Source of the DNA: an uncultured bacterium | Lineage (GTDB): Bacteria; Krumholzibacteriota; Krumholzibacteriia; Krumholzibacteriales; Krumholzibacteriaceae | Assembly: GCA_965371515.1 (NCBI GenBank) | Contig: CBDUYR010000021.1 | Coordinates: 1-49,195 of the forward strand | Direction of reading: 5' to 3' | DNA length: 49,195 nt | Part shown: piece after piece, positions 27,840-37,928 of the stretch | Layout of the letters: each line of letters starts with the position of its first letter | Numbering within the stretch: the stretch's first letter is position 1 | The notes under the pieces: generated by a model | Databases searched by the model: none | What the model saw: the letters and a program-made list of their open reading frames with translations, nothing else | Told to the model about the DNA's origin: nothing | Program-made: the position numbers and the translations under genes

Positions 27840-30800
27840 GTGGAGATCGTGCGTAACGCTGCGAGAACATTCTTCCCTGTGGCTATTGCCGCATTAGTGT
27901 GCCTGCTCTTCACGGCGCTGACCAGTACGCCGGTTCAGGCACAAACCTACACGCGACTGCAGGTACTGCTTCCAGGCGAGGTCGTCGCCCCCGGTACGGC
28001 TGAAGGCAAGGCCGGAACGCCGGTCGCCCAGGCAGCGGGAGTGCCGTTCACGGTACGGATCAGGGCATGCGACGACACATGGAATGCGGTGACGTCGATC
28101 ACCCACGCCATTTCCATCTCTTGCACCGACGCGAGCGCCGACCTTGTGGACCAGGTGACTCTGGCCGGCGGGGAAGCAGAACTCACCGCCACTCTTAACG
28201 CCGGAGGGACTTTCACCTTCACGGCCGGCGATCTTACCGACCCGACGATTTCCGACGCCGTATCGGCGGCGGTCGACGTCATGGTCCTGCAGGGATTCCT
28301 GTTCAACACGATCAGCCAGAAACACTGCTACGCCGGTGTGGCCGAGAACTACACGCTCACCGCGGTCGACGCAGGCGGGTCACCGGTAACGGGATTTACC
28401 GGCACGGTCCGGCTACGCGAGATCACGAGCTTCGGCGAGGGACGCATTACCCCCGATCAGATCGTCCTCACCAACGGGACCTGGGCGGGACAGCTGACGA
28501 TGTTCCGCGCCGATGAGAGCAGCATCAACCGCGGGAACGTCAACATCTACGCATTCCTCGAATCGGCGCCGGCGAAGAACGGGACGAGCGATCCGTTCAT
28601 CGTCCACCCCGATGCGTTCGCCAGGCTGCAGCTGATAGTACCTGGCCAGGATCCGCTGCCGGGAAGCGTCAGCGGTCTGACCGGATCGCCCGCCACGCAA
28701 GCGGCCGGCACGGACTTCGTGGTCGATGTCTTCGCGACCGATCAGTACTGGAATCCCGTTCCGAGCACGGACGTCGCGCTGATCACATCGAGCGACGTCG
28801 CGGCGAGCACACCGGTCTCGGGAGCTCTCAGCAACGGCTACAGTCAGTTCACCCTTTCGCTAGGAACGGTCGGAGCACAGACGCTGAACGTGACCGACCA
28901 GTCAAACGGCTCGATAACAGGTATGACATGCGCGCCGATCAATGTGATTCCGAGCGCGCCGGATCATTTCGAGATAAGCGCCATCGCCTCTCCCGTCACG
29001 GCCGGAGTTCCGGTCAGCGTTACGATCAGCGCGGTCGACGTCGGCGGGAATACGATCCCCGATTTCCATGGCGACGGCAGGCTCGCGGCCAACACCGGCC
29101 CGGGCAGCATCTCGCCCGAGGCGATCACCTTTGCCGGCGGTGAATGGACCGGCTCGATGACCTTCAGGGGAGCGGGAGCCGCCGTCTCGTTCACATGCTC
29201 AGATTACTCTACACCCCCTCATACAGGAACGAGCGGAAGTTTCCAGGTCCTGCCCGGCCCGTTCACGGGGCTGCAGGTCCTTCTGCCCGGGCAGACGGCC
29301 CGCGGCGGCACCGCTACTGGATACAGCGGCGAGCCGGAGGCTCATAACGCGGGATCGCAGTTCACGATCAGGGTCCGCGCGGCGGATGAATACTGGAACC
29401 TCGTCCCCGATGTGACCGACCGTGTCTCGCTCGAGTCGACCGACCTCTTCGCCGACATGCCGGCCGAGACTACACTTGTCGGCGGCGAGATCTCGCTGCC
29501 GGTGACGCTGTACTCATGCGGGATGCAGACGATAAGCTCAGCCGATATCGACGTTCCCTCCATCACGCCGCATACCTCGCGGCCGGTAGAGATCATACCG
29601 GGCGCCTATGCAAAGATACTGCTGCTCGCGCCGGGTGAGGAACCCGCGCCGGGCACCGAAGAGGGACGCACCGGCACTGCGACCGACCAATCGATCAACT
29701 ACTCATTTACAGTAATAGTCTATGCGACCGACCAGTGGTGGAACCCCGTAACGGGCGTCAGTGACGTGGTGCATATCACGTCGAACGATCCGCTGGCCGA
29801 GCTGCCGCCCGACACTCCGATGTCGAACGGGCGTGCCGACATGTCGCTGCGTCTCTCGACCGGGGGCTACCAGCAGATCACCGCGTCGAACGTCACGCAG
29901 CCGGCAATGCCGGTGAGCACGACGCAGGTACGCGCGATCTCCAGCGGGTTCCATCTCGAGGCCGAGGTGATCCCTTCGGCGGTGCAGGCGGGCGAAGAGT
30001 TCTCGCTCATCGTCAAGGTGACCAACGACGCGGGAAGCGTGATCCAGGAGATCAACTCGTTCGTCGAGCTGACATTCATGAACGCTTCGACGCAGGATCC
30101 GGGACGCGGCGAACTGCTCGTGACGAGCTTCCAGCTCCTCCAGGGCCAGCGCACCGTAACCGAGACTTACACCTTCGCCGAGCCGATCATCATCGTCGCC
30201 ACCGACGACGCGGGGAACTCTCCGGCAGTGACAGGCGTGCTCATCGTGAGTCCGGGTGATCCGGACGCGATAGAGCTGTCGTGCAGCCCCTCATGGGTCG
30301 GCGGCAACAAACACGCGACAGTCTCAGCGGCCGTGGTAGACGCGTTCGGCAACGGCATCCCCGACCAGGAGGTCGTGTTCGAGCTGATCGCGGGCGAGGG
30401 CACACTCACGCAGATCGACACGCTGACCGGCGACGACGGCGTAGCAGACGCCGATTTCCTCAGCTCGAAGGTGCCGGGGTTCAGCCGGGTGCGCGCTGAG
30501 GCCGGTGTGCAGGCCGCCGAACTCGACATCGAGACGGCGCTGGTCGATCCGAGCCTGCCCGGCGGGACGATAACGAACTATCCGAATCCATTCCATCCGG
30601 GAGATGGATCGACAACTATCGCATACAAGCTTTCGGACAACGCAAACGTCACGCTCCGCATCTTCACGGTGACCGGCAGTTACGTTCTGCGGAAGGATTT
30701 CCGCAGCGGCTCACCGGGCGGCATGTCGGGGCTGAACGAGTTCGCATGGGACGGCCGCAACGGAAACGGCAATTACGTCTCGAGCGGCGGGTATATCGTT

Positions 30801-30869
30801 CTCGTCGAGGCAGAGGGCCACGGCGAGACACTGCACGTGATGCGCCGCAGGGTCGGCGTCGTACGCTAA
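27840..30869 (+). CDS. Large secreted Ig-repeat protein with invasin-like domain and FlgD/T9SS-like C-terminal domain
   Basis: Signal peptide; four LQVLLPG..PG...G.P..Q.AG..F.V...A.D..WN.V repeats interspersed with other Ig-like units; VVDAFGNGIPDQEVVF; NYPNPF...WDGRNGNG...SSGGY. Confidence 0.78.
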   Translation: MEIVRNAARTFFPVAIAALVCLLFTALTSTPVQAQTYTRLQVLLPGEVVAPGTAEGKAGTPVAQAAGVPFTVRIRACDDTWNAVTSITHAISISCTDASADLVDQVTLAGGEAELTATLNAGGTFTFTAGDLTDPTISDAVSAAVDVMVLQGFLFNTISQKHCYAGVAENYTLTAVDAGGSPVTGFTGTVRLREITSFGEGRITPDQIVLTNGTWAGQLTMFRADESSINRGNVNIYAFLESAPAKNGTSDPFIVHPDAFARLQLIVPGQDPLPGSVSGLTGSPATQAAGTDFVVDVFATDQYWNPVPSTDVALITSSDVAASTPVSGALSNGYSQFTLSLGTVGAQTLNVTDQSNGSITGMTCAPINVIPSAPDHFEISAIASPVTAGVPVSVTISAVDVGGNTIPDFHGDGRLAANTGPGSISPEAITFAGGEWTGSMTFRGAGAAVSFTCSDYSTPPHTGTSGSFQVLPGPFTGLQVLLPGQTARGGTATGYSGEPEAHNAGSQFTIRVRAADEYWNLVPDVTDRVSLESTDLFADMPAETTLVGGEISLPVTLYSCGMQTISSADIDVPSITPHTSRPVEIIPGAYAKILLLAPGEEPAPGTEEGRTGTATDQSINYSFTVIVYATDQWWNPVTGVSDVVHITSNDPLAELPPDTPMSNGRADMSLRLSTGGYQQITASNVTQPAMPVSTTQVRAISSGFHLEAEVIPSAVQAGEEFSLIVKVTNDAGSVIQEINSFVELTFMNASTQDPGRGELLVTSFQLLQGQRTVTETYTFAEPIIIVATDDAGNSPAVTGVLIVSPGDPDAIELSCSPSWVGGNKHATVSAAVVDAFGNGIPDQEVVFELIAGEGTLTQIDTLTGDDGVADADFLSSKVPGFSRVRAEAGVQAAELDIETALVDPSLPGGTITNYPNPFHPGDGSTTIAYKLSDNANVTLRIFTVTGSYVLRKDFRSGSPGGMSGLNEFAWDGRNGNGNYVSSGGYIVLVEAEGHGETLHVMRRRVGVVR

Positions 30870-30882
30870 CGCAGGAGGAGCC

Positions 30883-32163
30883 ATGAATCGCATGCATACA
30901 TACAAACACAGAAGACGTGCGGCGTCCCTGGCTCTCGGTCTCTGCATCATCGCGGCCACCGGGACCAGCGTCCTAGCCCAGGAGGAAACAGGCGGCGCAC
31001 CGGGAGACTGGCTGTCGCGCTATGCCACGGCCCGCACGGTGGGATTCGGCGGCGCCTTCGTCGCCGTTGCCGATGAACCGATCGGCGCGCTCTGGAACCC
31101 GGCGAGCCTGACGCAGGTCTACCAGAACATGATCTTCGTCGAGACCGCCCGCCTCTTCGAGGAGACGACAATCAACAGCCTGAGCTTCGGCACGCCCGAG
31201 CGGCGTGTCATGCCCGGGTTCGGAATCACCATCATCTCGCTCAACTCGGGGACGTTCGAACGGACCAACGAGCTCAACGACGTCACGGGAGAATTCGGGG
31301 AGGGCGAGTTGGCATTTGTGCTCTCCGCCTCCAAGAGCGTTTCGCAGCGCTTCTCCCTCGGAGCCAACATCAAGCTGATCAGGCAGAAAATCGACGAATT
31401 CAGCGCTTCCGGCGCGGGCGTCGACCTCGGACTGCTCTTCCACCTGCTGCCTTCGCTGACAGTCGGCGCGTCGGCGCTCAATATCGGCGGCCCCAGTCTG
31501 ACGCTGCGTGAGACAAAGGAGACCTACCCGGTCGACTATCGGGGCGGCCTCACACTGCGCTTCCTCGCCGGTCGCGGGATGATAACTGCCGAGATCTCAA
31601 GCCGTCCGGATTACGAGACGAAGTTCCACGCGGGAACAGAGTTCTGGGCACACCCGATGCTCGCGCTCCGCGTTGGATACAATGACAGGTATTTTGCCGG
31701 CGGCGCCGGATTCGCGTTTCCGAACGGTATACGGATAGACTACGGAATGTCCGATCACCTGCTCGGCGTCACGCACCGCATAGGCCTCTCGTACGCATTC
31801 GGCGGTTTCTACGCCAGTTCGCAGGCCGACCCTCCGGTTTTCTCGCCGATCGGCGCGCAGTCGGTCACGAGATTCGACCTGGAGGCAAGGACCAAGGCCG
31901 AGGCGGTAAGCTGGAGTCTCGATATCGTCGATAAATCCGGTCAGATCGTACGCCGGTTCAGCGGAGCCGGCCTTCCGCCTGCCCACGTGATGTGGGACGG
32001 CAAGAACGAGACTGGCATGCCGCTGGCCGACGGCGTCTATACATATCAGCTCGTCGTCATCGACGCCGAGGGACGCAAAGTCGTCGGCAGGAAACGCTCT
32101 GTAGAGATCACGACGGCCGGCCCCCAGGGGGACGTGCCGATCATAATCGGAGAGGGCCTATAA
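30883..32163 (+). CDS. PorV/PorQ/PorP-like (FadL-type) beta-barrel fused to a C-terminal FlgD-like Ig domain
   Basis: ARTVGFGGAFVAVADEPIGALWNPASL, GVDLG, LALRVGY, IDYG..LGVTHRIGLSYAFG; then WSLDI...WDGKNETGMPLADGVYTY. Confidence 0.78.
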   Translation: MNRMHTYKHRRRAASLALGLCIIAATGTSVLAQEETGGAPGDWLSRYATARTVGFGGAFVAVADEPIGALWNPASLTQVYQNMIFVETARLFEETTINSLSFGTPERRVMPGFGITIISLNSGTFERTNELNDVTGEFGEGELAFVLSASKSVSQRFSLGANIKLIRQKIDEFSASGAGVDLGLLFHLLPSLTVGASALNIGGPSLTLRETKETYPVDYRGGLTLRFLAGRGMITAEISSRPDYETKFHAGTEFWAHPMLALRVGYNDRYFAGGAGFAFPNGIRIDYGMSDHLLGVTHRIGLSYAFGGFYASSQADPPVFSPIGAQSVTRFDLEARTKAEAVSWSLDIVDKSGQIVRRFSGAGLPPAHVMWDGKNETGMPLADGVYTYQLVVIDAEGRKVVGRKRSVEITTAGPQGDVPIIIGEGL

Positions 32164-32188
32164 CGTGGCCGCCGGGGGAGTGATAAGG

Positions 32189-35100
32189 ATGATCCTGACA
32201 GGACACATAAAGACATGGACCGCGGTGACGATACTGTCGCTGTGCCTCGCGTCCGGCGTTGCGAATGCCGGCGAAAAAGATGACGGAAAAGAAGCGGCTG
32301 TAAAGGGTAACGCCTCTGCCGTGAGCCCCGCGACGCTGGCGAGTGTCGGCATGGCTCTGGAAAATGCCAGGCTGCTCCCTCACGGGAAAAGACACGAAGC
32401 GCTCGAGAGGACCGCCGCGTCGATGGCGTCGATCTTCGAGTCGGGCCTGCCGAAGGAGAAGCGCTGCGCTGCGCACTTCCTCTCGGCGGAGATAAGCTTT
32501 TCCCTCGGCCTCTACGAACGCGCCGCGGAAGAATACCGTCGCGCCGGCGACAAGGATAAAGAAAAGATCTACAGGGACGATGCCGAAGCGGCGTACATCC
32601 TGGCGCTCGAGGCGTCCGGAAACGACGCGGAGGCAGCAAAGGCATGGATCAAATGGCGGAAAAAGTATTCCGACAGTCCGCTTATGCCCGAGGCGAAACT
32701 TGCCTCGGCGTGGAACGCCCTTCGCCGGGGCGACCTCAACGAGGCGGCCGGGATACTTGAAGATATCGGATCGCGCTACCCGTGGATGGGACAGGACCGG
32801 CGGGTCGTTCTTGCCGGATCGGTCATCGGGTACACCGGACAGTTCTACGAGGAGACTCTCGCGGAACTCGAGCCTCTCGAGGATTCGCCGGCGGTCGTCT
32901 ACCTGCGCGCCCTCTGCTACGAGGCGCTCGGCGAGACGCTCAAGGCGGCCTCGCGATACCAGGAAACAGCCGAACGCTGGCCGCATTCGCCCCTTCGCGA
33001 TACGGCGATGATGGCGAAGGCCGACATCTTCCTGCACGCCGGCGCCTACAGGAGCGCCGCGGAGGAGATGTCCCGAATCGTCGAAAAGTCGCGTCGCGAA
33101 GACATCAGGAGTGAGGCGGCGCTGCGCCAGGCGGTCGCAGTATGTCTCGACGGCGATACGGAACAGGCTATTCAGCTTCTGCGCGGCGTCACCGGTAAAT
33201 ACGCCGGCTCGACGGTAGCGGCGCGCGCCCAGTTTTTCCTGGGCGAAACGCTCTTCAGCACGGCCGCCTACAGGGAAGCGATCGTGGAGTTCAACCGCGT
33301 TCTCGCCAATTACTTCGAGCACGATCTCGCCGCGCGGGCACAGTACCGCGTTGGACGCAGCCTCGACGCCCTCGATCGCGGCGCAGAGGCGACAAGCGCC
33401 TACCAGGCCGTCGTCGCGGGATATCCCCTCTCGCCTGAAGCCCCCGCCGCCGCCTACCTGGCCGGCGTGGGACTGATGGACCTCGGGCGTCCGCTCGCCG
33501 CGGCGCCCTACTTCCAGCTCGTGATGGACAGGTACGCGAGGGCCGACAGTTCGGGGATGTTCGTATTCGCCAGCAGCGAGCACCAGGAACTCGTTGAGGC
33601 GTCGCTCTGCCTCCTCGAATACGCCTACCACACCGCCGGCGACCTCGGGCAGCTCTCGGGCGCTCCGCACCTTATGCTGCAGAAGATGCCGCCGAGCAAT
33701 TCGTCGTGGCGAGTCTACTCCATACTGATCGACGCCGACGCTCTCGCCTCACAGGGACGCTATGCCGAGGCGGAGTCGATGCTGAAAGGGCTGATCGACG
33801 AATTTCCCGCCCACACCGCCGTCATCCCGGCGAGCAGGCTGCTCGCATGGACGTACGCGCGCCAGGGCAACGACCAGCTGGCGATCGAAACGGAAGAGCG
33901 GATGCTCACCAGGTACGCCTCCAGCGGCGACAACGAGCACCTCAGCTCAGCATATTTCAACAAGGCAAATATCCTGTTCAACAGGAAGGAATACGAGGAA
34001 GCGGGCGCTTCGTACGACGATTTCCTCAGGAGATTCCCGGAGCACGACAAGTGTCTCGAGGCGCTGTACCGTTCAGGGCTCTGCTACCAGCGGCTCGAAC
34101 AGAACGGCGACGCCGTCGACCGCTGGGAAACGCTCGTGGCGACCGATTCGACAGGCGCGATCTGCGAGCAGGCGCTCGTGCGCGCCGGCGACCTGTATTT
34201 CAGGGCCGGGCATTACGAGGACGCGAAGCGCTGCTACGAAGCGCTGCTCGAGCGTTTCTGCTCGAGCGACAAGGCGCCTCTCGCCATGCTGAGGCTGGCC
34301 CAGAGCGAATACAACGCGGGTAACGACGAGGAAGCGCTGAAGCTTTATTCAGAGGTTACCTCACGCTTCCCGGAAAGCTATGCGGCCGACGAGGCCTTGC
34401 GCGGCATGGAACAGGCACTCTACAGGCTCGGCCAGGGCGACGATGGCAACGAGGTCCTCGCCAGACTCGTCGAGAACTTCGGCACAAGCCCGTTCGCGGC
34501 CGACGCCCAGTTCGAGATCGCCATGCGAAGCTACAAGGCCGAACAGTACGACGAGGCGGCGGAACAGTTCCGCCGCGTGACAAGCCAGTTCCCCGGTTAC
34601 TCGGCCGGAGACAGGGCCCACTACCTCATGGCCGAATCGTACCGCAAGGCGGGGAGCGTAAAGGAATCGGGGCTCTCCTATGAGCAGTTCCTGAATTTCT
34701 TCCCGCATAGCGAGTTCAGGTCGACGGTCCACTTCCGCCTCGGATCGATCAGGTTCGAGGAAGGAAGATACCTGCAGGCCGCCATAGATTTCACCGGCGT
34801 TCTCGACGAGGGGGCCCCGGAAGAGATAACAGCCGCATCTCTCTTCAACCTCGCCCTCTGCAGGCGCATGCTCGGCGAGACCGAGGCTGCAAGAGAGACT
34901 CTCGAGAAGTACAGAACGACCTACCCGTCCGGCAACGGCCGGACAGCGGAGATCGCCTACCAGCTCGGTGACATACACGAAGAGACGGGCAACGCCGCCG
35001 AGGCGATCAAGGAATTCAAGCGTGCCCTCGGCGCGAAGCCTCCCGCGGCGCTGACGATAGAGCTGCGCTACCGTATAGGTACGAGCAGGGAACAGCTCGG

Positions 35101-35329
35101 CGAGACCGACGAGGCCATACGGTCGTACGAAAAGGCGATGAAGGGCAGCAAAAAGACCGATCCGTTCCGTCTGCTCGCCGTGGTGAAATGTGCGGCGCTT
35201 TACGAGGAACAGGAAGCCTGGAAGAAGGCGATCAGCGCCTACCGGGATCTGATAAGAAATTCACAGGACGAGGAGCTGGTACTGGCGGCGAATGAGCGCG
35301 TCACCCAGCTCGAGGCTGTCGCCAGGTGA
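32189..35329 (+). CDS. Large exported TPR protein (CpoB/BamD-like TPR pairs)
   Basis: Signal peptide; repeated YP.S..A..A.F.LG TPR motifs throughout; alternative GTG start at 32165. Confidence 0.85.
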   Translation: MILTGHIKTWTAVTILSLCLASGVANAGEKDDGKEAAVKGNASAVSPATLASVGMALENARLLPHGKRHEALERTAASMASIFESGLPKEKRCAAHFLSAEISFSLGLYERAAEEYRRAGDKDKEKIYRDDAEAAYILALEASGNDAEAAKAWIKWRKKYSDSPLMPEAKLASAWNALRRGDLNEAAGILEDIGSRYPWMGQDRRVVLAGSVIGYTGQFYEETLAELEPLEDSPAVVYLRALCYEALGETLKAASRYQETAERWPHSPLRDTAMMAKADIFLHAGAYRSAAEEMSRIVEKSRREDIRSEAALRQAVAVCLDGDTEQAIQLLRGVTGKYAGSTVAARAQFFLGETLFSTAAYREAIVEFNRVLANYFEHDLAARAQYRVGRSLDALDRGAEATSAYQAVVAGYPLSPEAPAAAYLAGVGLMDLGRPLAAAPYFQLVMDRYARADSSGMFVFASSEHQELVEASLCLLEYAYHTAGDLGQLSGAPHLMLQKMPPSNSSWRVYSILIDADALASQGRYAEAESMLKGLIDEFPAHTAVIPASRLLAWTYARQGNDQLAIETEERMLTRYASSGDNEHLSSAYFNKANILFNRKEYEEAGASYDDFLRRFPEHDKCLEALYRSGLCYQRLEQNGDAVDRWETLVATDSTGAICEQALVRAGDLYFRAGHYEDAKRCYEALLERFCSSDKAPLAMLRLAQSEYNAGNDEEALKLYSEVTSRFPESYAADEALRGMEQALYRLGQGDDGNEVLARLVENFGTSPFAADAQFEIAMRSYKAEQYDEAAEQFRRVTSQFPGYSAGDRAHYLMAESYRKAGSVKESGLSYEQFLNFFPHSEFRSTVHFRLGSIRFEEGRYLQAAIDFTGVLDEGAPEEITAASLFNLALCRRMLGETEAARETLEKYRTTYPSGNGRTAEIAYQLGDIHEETGNAAEAIKEFKRALGAKPPAALTIELRYRIGTSREQLGETDEAIRSYEKAMKGSKKTDPFRLLAVVKCAALYEEQEAWKKAISAYRDLIRNSQDEELVLAANERVTQLEAVAR

Positions 35330-35356
35330 CCCCCGGCGATCACGGAGAAGGAGAGT

Positions 35357-36112
35357 GTGAAGATGTATTCAAACATCAACTGGCTTGAGGCCATAGGCAG
35401 CAGCCCGATATTCATCGTGCTTATCGGACTGAGCGTGGTCACGCTGGCAGCCGCCATAGAACGTTTGCATTACTTCTGGAAACGTAATGGTCAGGCCGAC
35501 GAGGCGCTCGACCGCGCGGCCAGGGAAATCCGACGCGGCGACCGCAAGGAGGCGAAACGGATCTGCGATTCCTGCAGTCACCCGTTCGGAGCAGTGGCCG
35601 GCTCGATCATAGAAACCGAAGGGCTCGACAGTGAGAAGACCGAGGAGCAGCTCCAGGTCTCACTGAGCCAGCAGCGGCTTCTTCTCGAGAACAATCTCGG
35701 CATCCTCGGCACGATGGCTGCCATCGCGCCGCTGGTCGGCCTGCTCGGAACGGTATGGGGCATCATGCGGGCCTTCCGCGACATGTCTTCGACCGGATCG
35801 GCAGCGCCGGCAATAGTGGCGGCCGGCATCGCCGAGGCACTGACTACCACTGCGGCCGGACTGATCATCGCCGTTCCGGCCCTGATGCTCTACAACCATC
35901 TCGCGCGGCGGATCAGCGTGATGCTCACGATCGCGGAGAACAACTCCCGTACACTTCGGCAGGAGCTCGAGAAATCGCCTGCCCCGGCTAAGTCGGACGA
36001 ACGATCCGGCAGCTCCGATCGTGAAGATGCCGCGTCAGGTGACGGACGAAAAGCCGATGAGATGAAAATCGAGGATGTAGCCGAGGAACTCGAGACAGTA
36101 ATGGCCGAGTGA
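35357..36112 (+). CDS. exbB: MotA/TolQ/ExbB proton channel protein
   Basis: LGTMAAIAPLVGLLGTVWGIMRAF, GIAEALTTTAAGLIIAVPA. Confidence 0.92.
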   Translation: MKMYSNINWLEAIGSSPIFIVLIGLSVVTLAAAIERLHYFWKRNGQADEALDRAAREIRRGDRKEAKRICDSCSHPFGAVAGSIIETEGLDSEKTEEQLQVSLSQQRLLLENNLGILGTMAAIAPLVGLLGTVWGIMRAFRDMSSTGSAAPAIVAAGIAEALTTTAAGLIIAVPALMLYNHLARRISVMLTIAENNSRTLRQELEKSPAPAKSDERSGSSDREDAASGDGRKADEMKIEDVAEELETVMAE

Positions 36113-36119
36113 GGTACTG

Positions 36120-36533
36120 GTGATGTCAGGAACGTCAAAGCCCGAAAAGGACAAAGGAATGCACGAGATCAACATGACGCCGCTGATCGACGTCTCGCTC
36201 GTGCTGGTCATCATGCTCCTGCTGCTCACACCGCTGGCCTTCGAATCGAGCATCGCGATCCGCAAGGCGGTCGCAAGCGCGAAGACCTCGGAAAAGAAGC
36301 TGAAGGAAGAGCGGATCGAGCTGAGTGTCGTCTCCGAGGACAGCATCCTCGTGAACAGGGCGCTCATCGCCCGCGTGGAACTGGCCGGCACGCTGCGGCC
36401 CATGCTGGAAAATAAGACCGACCGGCGGGTCGTTATTGAATGCAGCGACCAGGTCTCGCACGGCGTATTCGTGGACGTCCTCGACCAGGTAAAACTGTGC
36501 GGGGCCGGCGAGATAGCCGTGCTGGGGAGGTAG
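36120..36533 (+). CDS. exbD: ExbD/TolR family protein
   Basis: EINMTPLIDVSLVLVI with the conserved Asp; D..V.HG.FVDVLD. Confidence 0.9.
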   Translation: MMSGTSKPEKDKGMHEINMTPLIDVSLVLVIMLLLLTPLAFESSIAIRKAVASAKTSEKKLKEERIELSVVSEDSILVNRALIARVELAGTLRPMLENKTDRRVVIECSDQVSHGVFVDVLDQVKLCGAGEIAVLGR

Positions 36534-36540
36534 TGGAACT

Positions 36541-36966
36541 ATGAAACGCAAGATCTGCAGCAACGGTATACCGCTGCGTGCGGCGATAAACTTGACGCCG
36601 ATCATAGATGTAGCCCTCGTGCTGGTAATCATCCTGCTGATCACCGCACCGATGCTGGCGCTCGCCGACCTCGACATTACGCTGCCGGCAGCGGTGACAA
36701 GGGACGCCGAGGATGACCTCAAGATCAATATAACGCTGAGTAGTGATGGCGAGGTGGCGATAAACGAACATATCATCGGCAGGGAGAGATTCGAACAGGT
36801 ACTCGAAGGGCTGCTGTCGAGCGGGGATAACTATGATGTACTCGTCGTGCTCCGCGCCGACACGGAGGTACCGTACTCGTCTATCAGGATGGTACTCGCC
36901 GAGGCGAAATCGGCGGGAGCGCGCAGGCTTGCTATCGCGACGATCCAGAGAGGCGGAGGTGAATGA
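36541..36966 (+). CDS. exbD: ExbD/TolR family protein, second copy
   Basis: INLTPIIDVALVLVIILLITAP, LRADTEVPY. Confidence 0.9.
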   Translation: MKRKICSNGIPLRAAINLTPIIDVALVLVIILLITAPMLALADLDITLPAAVTRDAEDDLKINITLSSDGEVAINEHIIGRERFEQVLEGLLSSGDNYDVLVVLRADTEVPYSSIRMVLAEAKSAGARRLAIATIQRGGGE

Positions 36967-37892
36967 TGAACGCATTCGCGCTCAGCCTCGAACTGGGGAG
37001 ACAGCAGTCGAGGAGGAGAAAGACCGCGGGCGTCAGCCTGATCCTCCACGCACTGCTGCTACTGTGGCTTATTCTGCACAGGACGATGGCGCCGGAGTCT
37101 GAAGCGCTCACGGAGATCACCTGGATAGAGCCGGAACCGATCCGGCCCGCCGCGGCCGCTGCTTCAATAGAGCCGTCGCGTCCTGTCAGACGCACTCCGC
37201 CGTCGCCGATGCAGACGCCCGAGCATTTCGTGCGCAAGACCAAAAAGAGCGATTTCGCCCCGCAGCCGCAGATGGTCCGGGCCGCGAAGGACAGGCTGCA
37301 GAGCAAGCTGACCTCGCTCGAGAGAACGACGCAATCTAACCGGCCGAAGATCGCCTCCCTGGCTACATCCAGGATATCCGACCACCCGTCTCTGGCGGCG
37401 GTCCCCGACAGGACCGCGACCGAGAGAGGATCGATCGCGCTCGACCGCAGCGAAAGTACGGATGCGAGGCCGGTTCAGCTGGCCCGCAGCGATAAGCCCC
37501 AGGCCAGATCGCCCGTGAGGCTCGGGACCATCCCCGAGAAGACCGTGACGCAGGCGAACGTCGCCAGTGCCGATTCTACGGCACGGCGAATGATCGACGG
37601 GATGAGTCTCGTCGGCCCGGTCGCCGACAGGATGCTCATCAGCTACGGCAAGCCCGGTTATCCAGACTGGGCCAAACGCGAGGGTATCGAGGGCGCGGTG
37701 GATCTCTACTTCATCGTACTGCCCAATGGAAAGGTAAAGGAAAACATACTTGTACAGAGAACATCGGGATTCAAGGATTTCGACCGCAACGCGATCGATG
37801 CGCTTATCGCCTGGAAGTTCGAGCCGCTCAGCGGCGGACAGACCGGAGAGCAGTGGGGCGCGATCACGTTCGACTACCGGCTCAGCGATTGA
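36963..37892 (+). CDS. tonB: TonB-family energy transducer
   Basis: TM with SLILH, Pro-rich linker, TonB_C YPDWAKREGIEGAVDLYFIVLPNGKV...SG..FDRNAIDA...WKFEP. Confidence 0.88.
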   Translation: MMNAFALSLELGRQQSRRRKTAGVSLILHALLLLWLILHRTMAPESEALTEITWIEPEPIRPAAAAASIEPSRPVRRTPPSPMQTPEHFVRKTKKSDFAPQPQMVRAAKDRLQSKLTSLERTTQSNRPKIASLATSRISDHPSLAAVPDRTATERGSIALDRSESTDARPVQLARSDKPQARSPVRLGTIPEKTVTQANVASADSTARRMIDGMSLVGPVADRMLISYGKPGYPDWAKREGIEGAVDLYFIVLPNGKVKENILVQRTSGFKDFDRNAIDALIAWKFEPLSGGQTGEQWGAITFDYRLSD

Positions 37893-37928
37893 GGGCCGGA
37901 CCCGAAGGAACGAGGGGAGTACTGGATC

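Noticed and set aside
32141..33670. 509-aa minus-strand ORF
   Set aside because: Antisense shadow of the TPR gene.
35357..37892. Calling this block Tol-Pal or a standard iron-uptake TonB system
   Set aside because: No tolB, pal or TonB-dependent receptor in the operon.
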